Below, piece by piece: positions 1 to 7,854 of a DNA stretch of 32,000 nucleotides (position 1 is the stretch's first letter; every line of letters starts with the position of its first letter). The notes under the pieces are model-generated. The model worked only from the letters and a program-made list of their open reading frames with translations. It was not told the DNA's origin and ran no database searches. Source of the DNA: Candidatus Babelota bacterium (GTDB lineage Bacteria; Babelota; Babeliae; Babelales; Vermiphilaceae); the NCBI GenBank assembly GCA_039809905.1, contig JBDHVY010000001.1, positions 720,001 through 752,000 on the forward strand, read 5' to 3'. The position numbers and the translations under genes are program-made.

Positions 1-303
1 GTTAAGGCCGCTTATATCATTTTTAAGTATAAGTTTTTTTTCACTTGCATTATAAAAAGCTATAGGAGGTCTTTCTGCTATTTCTGTTAATTTTGGTGAT
101 AAAAAAGTACTGATCTTCGGTTTTGTTACAGAAGATGCCACGGGTTCTTTTAGTTGTGCTGTTGGATAAAAAAATTTTTTTATAGAAGCAATGTAAGGAG
201 CAATTGTTTGCTTAAGTATACCTTGTTTTTGACTTTGCTCAGATGGTACAAGATAAGACATTATTCCTAATGAAAAACAGAATAATATAATTAACTTTTT
301 CAT
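1..303 (-). CDS. hypothetical secreted protein; N-terminal 101 codons, 3' end lies outside the window
   Basis: Own translation of the minus strand from ATG (rc of 301-303): MKKLIILFCFSLGIMSYLVPSEQSQKQG..., open to position 1. AAGGA about 9 nt upstream. Signal-peptide-like N-terminus. Absent from the ORF track because it is truncated. Confidence 0.5.
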   Translation of the reverse strand, partial: MKKLIILFCFSLGIMSYLVPSEQSQKQGILKQTIAPYIASIKKFFYPTAQLKEPVASSVTKPKISTFLSPKLTEIAERPPIAFYNASEKKLILKNDISGLN

Positions 304-342
304 AAATACAATCCTTATAGCTGCAATTTTTCAGATTTGTAT

Positions 343-1179
343 TTATTGTAAAAGATGCAACGAGTTGTTTTCAACTTTTTGCGATTTATTAATAAGTTGA
401 GGAATATATTTTATGGTAATGGGCTTGCATGGTTTGCTATAAGGTTTTTTTGTGATCTTTGGATAATTAAGACGTCGTGCTTCTTTTGTAATAAGCAAGG
501 GCACTTTTTGCAGGCTGGCATTATATATTTCGGTTATAGTTATGTGTTGTTTTTGATTATGAGGAACATACGGGATAATTGATAAATTGATCGGAGTTGC
601 TTTTTGTGGAATTGGTGAACACATGAAAGATTCTTCATCATCAGAATAAGATTGATAATCATCAGAATAAGAAGATTCATCAATTGAAGATTCATCAGAT
701 AAATCTTCTGAGTTTTCTTCATTTTTTTGTAGAGTTTTTATGAAAGATTGCTTATTAATATATCTTATTTTATAACGTTCTTCAGGTTCTCCGTTTTTTG
801 TTTTTGTATCTTGTACCTTTATTTCTGGATCTATGGCTTTTGGTATAATGGTATTTTTGCTGGTTTCGATTTTATTTTTTTTAATGAGAATAATATATGT
901 CCATATTTTTTTGAAAAAAAAACAGATCATAGAATGCAAAGATTGTGAGCGCATTGAAAATATATCGTTATAATTTTGAGTGCTTGCAATTATTCTGCTC
1001 ATCTCAATTTTTCTTATGTGGTTAAATAATTGAGAGCATTGATGATACTTTTGTTTTGTATATGTTTGAACATGAAATAAGAATGAATGGGAGGTATTGT
1101 TTTCCTCGCCTGTGCAATAGCTAAAGAATAATAAAAAGAGTAGTGATATGTTGTTTCGATAACAATAATCTTTTTTCAT
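343..1179 (-). CDS. hypothetical protein with signal-like N-terminus and an acidic Ser/Asp/Glu/Tyr-rich central tract
   Basis: 278 aa ORF. Strong AGGAG 7 nt upstream of the ATG at 1179. Hydrophobic N-terminus ISLLFLLFFSYC. Tract SEDLSDESSIDESSYSDDYQSYSDDEES. No family recognised. Confidence 0.65.
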   Translation of the reverse strand: MKKDYCYRNNISLLFLLFFSYCTGEENNTSHSFLFHVQTYTKQKYHQCSQLFNHIRKIEMSRIIASTQNYNDIFSMRSQSLHSMICFFFKKIWTYIILIKKNKIETSKNTIIPKAIDPEIKVQDTKTKNGEPEERYKIRYINKQSFIKTLQKNEENSEDLSDESSIDESSYSDDYQSYSDDEESFMCSPIPQKATPINLSIIPYVPHNQKQHITITEIYNASLQKVPLLITKEARRLNYPKITKKPYSKPCKPITIKYIPQLINKSQKVENNSLHLLQ

Positions 1180-1207
1180 ATCATACTCCTTTTTGTATAG
1201 CTACTAC

Positions 1208-2233
1208 TTAATATATATCCAAAGTCAAATCTGAGTATTTACCTTGTTGTGCTTTATAATTACCCACAAAAGCAATCATTGCAGCATTATCAGTACAGAA
1301 TGCACGAGACGGATGAAAAAAAGGAATATTACGAGATTCTGTGCATGATTTTAATCGTCCAACAATATAATTATTACAAGCAACACCACCAACAAAAGCT
1401 AAGGCTTTAATATCAGGATAGTTGTGTAGAGCGAGCACTATTTTTTGTTCAAAAATATCTGCCATACATACTAATAATGAACTAGCAACTTCCTTTTGTA
1501 ATTGTATGTCATCTGGTCGCAAAAATGTTTTTGTTTCTAAATCATATCCACCGCGTCGTACTAAATCATAGAGTACAGCTGTTTTAAGTCCAGAAAAGCT
1601 AAAATCCAATGTTTTATGTTTTGATCGGGGATAATGATAAAAATCTTGGAAATTAACATCTCGCGCAAGTTTTTCAATAACTGGTCCACCGGGATAAGGC
1701 AGATTCATTAATTTTGCAATTTTATCAAAGGCTTCACCTGCTGCATCATCCTGTGTTTCACCAAGAACTTCATAATCTCCGAAATTTTTTATGAGATACA
1801 ATGATGTATGCCCACCTGATGCAGTCAAACAAAGATAAGGGAATGGAACATTATGTTCTATTCCCGTTGAAAACGCATGGCCTTCTAAGTGATTAATGCC
1901 AATTAGTTTTTTGTTTTTTGCCCATGCAAGTGATTTTGCAAAGCACACGCCCACCAATAATGATCCGGGAAGACCTGGCTTATGAGTAGCGGCAATAACA
2001 TCTACATCGTCAAGTGTTATGCGTGCAAGCTCAAGGGCTTGGCTGACAATTGGATTAATTTTTTCCAATTGCGATCGTGATGCAAGTTCTGGAACAACAC
2101 CGCCAAAATGTTTATGTAAATCTATCTGAGAATATAATGTGCTTGAAAGCAAACCATGCTCGCTGTGATAAACTGCGGCAGCTGTTTCATCGCATGATGT
2201 TTCAATGCCAAGAGTAATAAAAGGTGTTTTCAT
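1208..2233 (-). CDS. tsaD: tRNA N6-adenosine threonylcarbamoyltransferase TsaD (Kae1/Gcp family)
   Basis: 341 aa with hallmark motifs GIETSCDET, INHLEGH and FVGGVACN. Full-length collinear TsaD architecture. Confidence 0.95.
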   Translation of the reverse strand: MKTPFITLGIETSCDETAAAVYHSEHGLLSSTLYSQIDLHKHFGGVVPELASRSQLEKINPIVSQALELARITLDDVDVIAATHKPGLPGSLLVGVCFAKSLAWAKNKKLIGINHLEGHAFSTGIEHNVPFPYLCLTASGGHTSLYLIKNFGDYEVLGETQDDAAGEAFDKIAKLMNLPYPGGPVIEKLARDVNFQDFYHYPRSKHKTLDFSFSGLKTAVLYDLVRRGGYDLETKTFLRPDDIQLQKEVASSLLVCMADIFEQKIVLALHNYPDIKALAFVGGVACNNYIVGRLKSCTESRNIPFFHPSRAFCTDNAAMIAFVGNYKAQQGKYSDLTLDIY

Positions 2234-2234
2234 A

Positions 2235-2921
2235 TTATGTAATTAAATCCATAATAAGAATGCGTTTTTTATCAGAGATAGTTTGCGTTTTACGGCGCAC
2301 GGGCGAATGAATAATTTTAGAATCGAGTGCAGTTAGTTCTAGTTTTACCAATGCTTCCTTAAAATCTTCTTGCGTAAGGCCAAGTTCACTAATTGTATTG
2401 TTGAGATACAATGTTGGCAGTTCTACGGCAGAACCACCTTTTAAGTCTTGAATCCACTCAGGATAGCACTCAATAATAAGCGTTCGATCAGGTATTTGTC
2501 CTGTTTCTGGTAATTTTTCTTCTTTTATTTCCCATGCTCCATCAACAAAATCGAGTGAATAGTATTTATAGTCTGATTTTGGATTTATTTTGAGATAATC
2601 GACAGTATTTTGCAATTCTTCTTGATCAGGGAACTGCTTGAGCTGATATTCAATTTTTGCTGCAGTAACAAGAACATCAAAGTGCCATTGATCGCTGTTT
2701 TTGGGGATTTCAAAGGTTATTTTGGGGCTAGTAGCCTCATGAGAGCTCGTAATAACCTCGGTTCCACTATATACAACATTCAGGCGTGCTAATGTTGATT
2801 CTTTACTATATTGAATGGTGCATCCTAGCTGAGAGGGCACCCCTAACAAGCTGGAGGCTGTTGAAAGAATAGCTAAAATAAGAGATAATGATCTATAAGA
2901 GGTTATTTTTATTGTTTTCAT
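2235..2921 (-). CDS. hypothetical secreted protein, probably translationally coupled to tsaD
   Basis: The track ORF begins at GTG 2930. The ATG at 2921 has AGGTG 6 nt upstream and gives MKTIKITSYRSLSLILAILSTASSLLG, a signal peptide. Its stop lies 1 nt from the tsaD start. Confidence 0.65.
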   Translation of the reverse strand: MKTIKITSYRSLSLILAILSTASSLLGVPSQLGCTIQYSKESTLARLNVVYSGTEVITSSHEATSPKITFEIPKNSDQWHFDVLVTAAKIEYQLKQFPDQEELQNTVDYLKINPKSDYKYYSLDFVDGAWEIKEEKLPETGQIPDRTLIIECYPEWIQDLKGGSAVELPTLYLNNTISELGLTQEDFKEALVKLELTALDSKIIHSPVRRKTQTISDKKRILIMDLIT

Positions 2922-3055
2922 TTTGTACACCTATTTTTGTAATTTGTTAGTATACATCGTTACATGTAATCCAAATTCAGCGGGTTATGAAACTATGATA
3001 GCTTAAAGATTTTTTAATTTCAATTGCTATACATCTTCGGTATAAAAGGTTTTTT

Positions 3056-3658
3056 ATGATTTTTAAACGTATTCATTCATTCATCTCTCGTATTGTTGCG
3101 TATGAAAAATCTCCTAAGAGATTAGCTTTTACGTGTGCTTTGGGTATTTATATTGGCATTTCACCTCTTGTTGGATTACATACGGTAATGGTTTTCTTCT
3201 TTGGATGGATGTTTGCGTTGAGTATTCCCGTGCTTTTTACTGTTTCTATGATGATACACAATCCGTGGACGATGATGCCCGTCTATGCCCTTGACCATCT
3301 TTTTGGTAAATGGTTATTTACTTGTCTTGATATTGATTATTTGCAGTGGGATCCTATATGGGTAGAATCCTGTAATGCTTTTTTGAAGGAGCATACAGGT
3401 ATTACTGGCCTTTCTTTATCAGCATTTTTTATTGGTGGAAATTTGCTAGCCATAGGAACTAGTGTTATGCTGTATCCTATTATGAAGCGGGTTTTTACAC
3501 AATATTTCGACTATACTTCCAATGTAACTTCGTGTAACACTTCCTTCTGTGCTCAAGCTTGCGACTTCGCCAAGGCTTCTTCGGATGTATCGGTGGAAAA
3601 ATCATTTTTACATAGAAATTCTACTAAAGAACAGTATGAAAATAATATCACAAAATAA
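3056..3658 (+). CDS. DUF2062-like integral membrane protein
   Basis: 200 aa. N-terminal SPKRLAFTCALGIYIGISPLVGLHTVM followed by hydrophobic helices resembles my recollection of the DUF2062 signature. The 3' end overlaps the smpB start by 23 nt. Confidence 0.55.
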   Translation: MIFKRIHSFISRIVAYEKSPKRLAFTCALGIYIGISPLVGLHTVMVFFFGWMFALSIPVLFTVSMMIHNPWTMMPVYALDHLFGKWLFTCLDIDYLQWDPIWVESCNAFLKEHTGITGLSLSAFFIGGNLLAIGTSVMLYPIMKRVFTQYFDYTSNVTSCNTSFCAQACDFAKASSDVSVEKSFLHRNSTKEQYENNITK

Positions 3659-4088
3659 AAAAGCATTTCATGATTATGATATTTTAGAGAAGATTGAAGC
3701 AGGTATAGTACTGACAGGTGATGAAGTTAAATCATTACGCGCAGGCAATGTTTCAATGATTGGTTCATTTGCGTCAATTCGTCATGGAGAAATGACGCTG
3801 GTTAACTGCCGAATTGCACCGTATGAAAAAGCTTATCAAAAAGATGAAGAAGCGGCATCACGTACACGTATTTTGTTGCTTCATAAACGTCAAATCTTAA
3901 AGCTCATTGGTGAAATTGCCCAAAAGGGCATTACTGTTGTTCCACTTATGTTTTATTTTAATGATAAAAGTAAGATTAAGGTGCAACTAGGTATTGCTAA
4001 ACATAAAAAAGCTCCGAGCAAGAAAAAAGAACTCAAAGAGCGTGATATTAACCGCGAGACAAACCGAGCGATGAAAGAAGCTCGATAA
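3636..4088 (+). CDS. smpB: SsrA-binding protein SmpB
   Basis: The track ORF starts at 3549, but the conserved SmpB N-terminus begins at Met30 (ATG 3636): MKIISQNKKAFHDYDILEKIEAGIVLTGDEVKSLR. Basic C-terminal tail. 150 aa. Confidence 0.93.
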   Translation: MKIISQNKKAFHDYDILEKIEAGIVLTGDEVKSLRAGNVSMIGSFASIRHGEMTLVNCRIAPYEKAYQKDEEAASRTRILLLHKRQILKLIGEIAQKGITVVPLMFYFNDKSKIKVQLGIAKHKKAPSKKKELKERDINRETNRAMKEAR

Positions 4089-4121
4089 AGTATTATTAAT
4101 TATCATAGTTAGGGATGATCG

Positions 4122-4760
4122 ATGAAAAAGTTGCTGTATGTGGCATTAATTTGTTGTACTGCACAAGAATCACTTGGTATAGATTGGAATTTGAGAAGAT
4201 TTGTGCCAGCTGAAAAAGTTACTAAAAGATGTCATCAAGAACCACGTGCATGGTTGTGGTTTAATAAAAGTGATGTTGAAAAGGCATGTAATTGTCTTGA
4301 TGCTGATTTAGATATCATTAGGCAAGCCCGTGATGTAGCTCTTGAAGCTAATGCAGCTTCTTTAGAGCCTAACGTTGAAATAATAAATAAATTTTTAACT
4401 GAATCATCATCAAAGATGATGGATGAACAACAAGTGAGAACAGCAATAAATACCATATTTTCTTATGAAAGTGCTGAAGCCCGTGAAGAAGAAGTCAGGC
4501 GATTTATTGCTGCTCGAGCTAATCGTATGCTTGATTTTTTCGAAGGTGGGGCTAGAAGTCGAAATTCTGCAATGCTAAAGCATTCAAGACTCAATTTAGT
4601 AGAGGCTGCAGCTAAGTATAAAACTGTAGCGATTGAGGATGGTGCAAAGACTGATGCTGTCCTGATAAAAGATTGGATGGAAAACGGCAGAACCGAGGCT
4701 CAATGCCGAGAGATGATTACAACAATGTATCAAATGTATCCTGAACTGAGAAATAAATAA
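4122..4760 (+). CDS. hypothetical secreted protein, long member of the small Cys-motif family
   Basis: 212 aa with a signal peptide (MKKLLYVALICCTAQESLG) and AGGGA RBS. Motif C-x5-AW-x-W-F-x6-EKAC-x-C-L-D is shared with the 4955 ORF. Confidence 0.65.
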   Translation: MKKLLYVALICCTAQESLGIDWNLRRFVPAEKVTKRCHQEPRAWLWFNKSDVEKACNCLDADLDIIRQARDVALEANAASLEPNVEIINKFLTESSSKMMDEQQVRTAINTIFSYESAEAREEEVRRFIAARANRMLDFFEGGARSRNSAMLKHSRLNLVEAAAKYKTVAIEDGAKTDAVLIKDWMENGRTEAQCREMITTMYQMYPELRNK

Positions 4761-4780
4761 TTGCAGTTCAATAGATCTGT

Positions 4781-4824
4781 AAAAAAAAGAATACGTGCCT
4801 TAAAAAGCACGTATTCTTTTTTTT
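4781..4824. terminator. bidirectional rho-independent terminator
   Basis: Perfect 10-bp stem GAATACGTGC (4789-4798) / GCACGTATTC (4806-4815) with a 7-nt loop, flanked by an A8 run upstream and a T8 run downstream. Confidence 0.75.
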
Positions 4825-4954
4825 CTGGGTTCTCGCATGAAGGGCTGATGAAGCTATCAGGCACCTAAGTGGTATAGTTTCAGTTTGAAATTTATTTAGA
4901 ATAATGTATTATGAGTAATAATATAGTAAATTAACTTACTTTAGGGGATAAGTT

Positions 4955-5395
4955 ATGAATTCAAAAATACTGTTGATATTAGGTTTGAGTGCAATGGCAC
5001 ATATAGGGGCTACTTCAGAGCAATATCCGAATTTGAGCGAAAGAATGTGTCCAAAAGCAGCTATTTTGCAAGCCTGTGAAGAAAACGATGCGGCATGGCG
5101 TTTTTCTTACGATAAAACGATCGCAGAAAAGTGTCAAAGAATTGATAAAACGATTCCTTTTCTTTTGCAATGGATGGACAAGCAACCTTTTACGACAAAG
5201 GGAGAATCTCTTGTTTTTGAGAAAAGACAATTTTTGTTAGAGTATCTTTCAGATTTTGATACTTATAGACAATTGGAAAACGACATAGATATCATATTAA
5301 AAAACAAATTATTGACATCATTTGAAAGAAAACAAGTATCAAAAGATGTACATGAATATATATTGAGTGCTGCACGATCATTGGATCGAAAATAA
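4955..5395 (+). CDS. hypothetical small secreted protein (Cys-motif family)
   Basis: 146 aa with a signal peptide and AGGGGA RBS. Collinear weak similarity to the 6475 ORF: YP..., L-Q-x-CE, C-x-R-(I/L), (Q/K)PF, DI-x-IIL. Confidence 0.65.
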   Translation: MNSKILLILGLSAMAHIGATSEQYPNLSERMCPKAAILQACEENDAAWRFSYDKTIAEKCQRIDKTIPFLLQWMDKQPFTTKGESLVFEKRQFLLEYLSDFDTYRQLENDIDIILKNKLLTSFERKQVSKDVHEYILSAARSLDRK

Positions 5396-5526
5396 TCCAA
5401 TGGTTGCTAAGATTTGCCTTTCCTGTTACCATTTGGATAATAAAGCCTGATGGATAAATTAAAAAATTAATATAATAGTTCTTTGAAAAATTTTGGTCAT
5501 ATTTTATCTCAATTATGGCTTGTCCT

Positions 5527-5562
5527 ATTGGGGTCCCCATACGAGAATAACGAGGATGGGGT
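5527..5562 (+). repeat. copy 1 of dispersed element ATTGGGGTCCCCAT-N15-ATGGGGT
   Basis: attGGGGTCCCCATacgagaataacgaggATGGGGt. The 36-nt frame is identical to the copy at 13008-13043. CCCCAT/ATGGGG form a 6-bp stem around a 15-nt loop. Lies 11 nt upstream of the tmRNA 5' end. Confidence 0.5.
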
Positions 5563-5573
5563 ATAAAAAATTT

Positions 5574-5949
5574 GGGGGCGTACTGGCTTCGACGTGTTGT
5601 TGGTCGCTTTGAGTGCATGTCGAGCGTTGATTAAGTGCTCGTTAAACAATTAATCAAAACAATAAATGCAGAAACTCATAGTTTCTCTGCACAACCTGCT
5701 TTCGGCTTAGCCTAAGCAATCGTGCCTTGTTGGGTTGACGTGTCTATCAGTTGAGCCAACACGTATAATACAAGATAGAATTCATTAAGCGAGGTTGAAC
5801 GGTTTAGTAGCTTAATGAGTATTATAAGCTGTCTTATATAACAATGCTGTGTCTTTGAGGTGTTATATACGTATAATCAAAGAATAAGCATGTAGTACTT
5901 GGGGTTATTTGCAGTGCGGACATGGGTTCGATTCCCATCGCCTCCACCA
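5574..5949 (+). ncRNA. ssrA: transfer-messenger RNA (tmRNA/SsrA), one-piece
   Basis: 5' GGGGGCGTACTGGCTTCGACG, then GTGCATGTCGAG and CTCGTTAAA. 3' end GGACATGGGTTCGATTCCCATCGCCTCCACCA. The 7-bp acceptor stem includes G3:U. Tag ORF 5668-5715 reads GCA GAA ... GCC TAA = AETHSFSAQPAFGLA*. Confidence 0.92.
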
Positions 5950-6098
5950 GCCTACGCATAAAGCTACGGCTGGCGCGGCCATTGTTTTAAAAGTTTATAC
6001 TTTATTTCTCAATTCGTTCGCCCTGAATGTCCTATGAAGCTTTTTAGCGAAATAGGATGTATCTAAGGGGTAAATTTTAAATAAAAAAATTCGTTGGA

Positions 6099-6449
6099 AT
6101 GCTCATGAAATTTATAAAAATAATATTGTTCATTTTCATTGCTCAAACATCTCTTTTAAATGCTATTATTAGTTCTGATAAAGAAGATCTTATTTGGACA
6201 ATGGTTTGTCTATGCCCAGCTCTCAAGCAAGTTGATTCAGTTGAATCTCTTGAAGCGGCAGCGCAACGTTTTGCCAAAACTCTCGATGAGAGTGGAATCA
6301 ATCCATTTAAAAAAAATGAAAATGGCGAAACATTAGTGCAAATTGCGGAAAGAAATTACCGCGAAACTCAAAAGCCTGTGTGTAAAATGGTTTTTGATGA
6401 ATTGAAAAAATATGAAGAGCGGTATGTTCAAAAACAATTAAAAATATAG
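6099..6449 (+). CDS. hypothetical small secreted protein
   Basis: 116 aa with signal-like N-terminus MKFIKIILFIFIAQTSLLNA. The start may be ATG 6105. No convincing RBS and no family recognised. Confidence 0.5.
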   Translation: MLMKFIKIILFIFIAQTSLLNAIISSDKEDLIWTMVCLCPALKQVDSVESLEAAAQRFAKTLDESGINPFKKNENGETLVQIAERNYRETQKPVCKMVFDELKKYEERYVQKQLKI

Positions 6450-6474
6450 TTGTAGAGTTGAACTGGATATATCA

Positions 6475-6909
6475 ATGAAACGATTGTTTTTAATTTTAGC
6501 TTTAAATTCTGTGCAAACAATTGTTTCCAGCGATAATAAATATCCCTATATCAAACATTATCTCCCTCAAAATTCTCAGTTGTTTCAACAATGTGAAAAA
6601 GATCAATTTGGTATGTCGAAGAACCAAGAAATTACTCCAGCCTGTACACGTTTAAATAATGCACATCCTACAATTCGAGCTGTAGTTGCTCAGGGCTTAT
6701 CAAAAAGAAAACCATTCTTGAGTCCTGTAGACTATCTTTTAGCTCAAAGAACTTTGGCACGACATCTGCTGAATCAGCAAAACACTCGTAATTCCATGCG
6801 CAGAGATATAAAGATTATTCTCAGTTCTTTACACCCATCTGAGTGGGATATAAAAAGAGAAGAAGAGATTGCCAAAGTAGCTTTGATGATAGCTGCAGAA
6901 GGCAAATAA
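6475..6909 (+). CDS. hypothetical small secreted protein (Cys-motif family)
   Basis: 144 aa with a signal peptide. Same length class and collinear motifs as the 4955 ORF. Confidence 0.62.
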   Translation: MKRLFLILALNSVQTIVSSDNKYPYIKHYLPQNSQLFQQCEKDQFGMSKNQEITPACTRLNNAHPTIRAVVAQGLSKRKPFLSPVDYLLAQRTLARHLLNQQNTRNSMRRDIKIILSSLHPSEWDIKREEEIAKVALMIAAEGK

Positions 6910-6937
6910 AAATAAGGCTTACTCACAGGAAAAAAGA

Positions 6938-7444
6938 ATGCTAGATGAACTACTAGATATCATTGATGAACATGGTCAAGTTATTGGTCAAAAAACACGT
7001 TCTGAAATTTACCGTCAAGGATTATCCAATTTTAGAGTTGTAAATGCTTTCCTGATAAATGATAATGGTGAGCTTTGGATTCCTCGACGTTCTAAGAATA
7101 AGCGACTCTTTCCATTGTGTCTTGATGCAAGCATGGGAGGCCATGTGGAAGCAGGAGAGACTTATCATCAGGCTTTTATGCGTGAATTGATGGAAGAATT
7201 ACGTATTGACGCCGATTCTGTACCATATGAATATATTGGTGCCTTAAATCCACATCAGCATAATACATCAGCATTTATGCAAGTTTATTTGTTACGCACT
7301 AATACTGTTCCAAATTATAACCGCGATGATTTTACTGAATATTATTGGCTAAAACCACAAGATTTATTAGATCGTCTTATTACGGGTGATACCTGCAAAA
7401 ATGATTTGCCTCGTATTGTCAAAAATCTTTTGATGAGATTATAA
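6938..7444 (+). CDS. Nudix hydrolase
   Basis: 168 aa. Nudix box GGHVEAGETYHQAFMRELMEELRI fits GX5EX7REUXEEXGU. AGGA RBS. Confidence 0.85.
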   Translation: MLDELLDIIDEHGQVIGQKTRSEIYRQGLSNFRVVNAFLINDNGELWIPRRSKNKRLFPLCLDASMGGHVEAGETYHQAFMRELMEELRIDADSVPYEYIGALNPHQHNTSAFMQVYLLRTNTVPNYNRDDFTEYYWLKPQDLLDRLITGDTCKNDLPRIVKNLLMRL

Positions 7445-7539
7445 AAAATATTTTTCTAATAATCTAAAGCAATAGACAACATTATGGTAAACAATAAATA
7501 TTTTGATTTGATGCTCAAAATAAAAAAGGGTAGTTCATT

Positions 7540-7773
7540 TTATTGCATCAAATAAAAAATTTTATGCCAAAGACGCAGAAACGTATCGGTTCTATGTGAG
7601 GGCCATGCATTAAAGCAGTCCAGTAAAAAAGCCCATAAACCAAGAAAACATACAAACATGACTAAATCCATCAAAGAAATGTTAAAATATTGAGCAAGTA
7701 ATTTGCCGATAGAAAAAATTAGATTGGGTATAAATATATTTATTATTCGTTTAAGCCATTTAAGTATGTTCAT
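7540..7773 (-). CDS. possible small two-helix membrane protein
   Basis: The track ORF starts at TTG 7803. The ATG at 7773 has AGGA 7 nt upstream and gives MNILKWLKRIINIFIPNLIF.... Two hydrophobic segments. No homology recognised, so it may not be a real gene. Confidence 0.35.
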   Translation of the reverse strand: MNILKWLKRIINIFIPNLIFSIGKLLAQYFNISLMDLVMFVCFLGLWAFLLDCFNAWPSHRTDTFLRLWHKIFYLMQ

Positions 7774-7854
7774 TACCATTCCTGTTGTGTAATTTCTGGG
7801 CAAGACAATAACATATATTACCTAAATGGTAAACAAAGAATTGAATTAAAAAAT

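Noticed and set aside
4838-4900. CTGATGA (4845-4851) with nearby GAAA, reminiscent of a hammerhead ribozyme core
   Set aside because: No stem II closes directly onto GAAA, because 9 unpaired nt intervene. No convincing stem I/III or cleavage-site context. Only a short CTGAT/ATCAG hairpin is present.
5516-5545. The CCCCAT within the repeated element resembles a sigma-32 -10 box (CCCCATnT), with CTTG upstream of copy 1
   Set aside because: The CTTGTCC to CCCCAT spacing is only about 9 nt, against about 13-17 nt expected. The other copies have no CTTGAAA-like -35. Three copies lie downstream of genes, not upstream.
5292-5618. 108-aa minus-strand ORF from the track
   Set aside because: It overlaps the tmRNA 5' end and the GGGGTCCCC element, has no RBS, and has an odd composition. 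It is explained by the ssrA locus and its upstream spacer.
6001-6065. Long imperfect hairpin (CCTAT...ATAGG with flanking GCCC...GGGG) downstream of tmRNA, as a possible further element copy
   Set aside because: The pairing is poor outside the 5-bp core and the GGGGTCCCC palindrome is absent. The evidence is too weak to call.
5950-7444. Possible genomic island integrated at the tmRNA 3' end
   Set aside because: No integrase or recombinase was found, and I found no direct repeat of the ssrA 3' end by eye. This is retained only as a hypothesis within the secreted-family finding.
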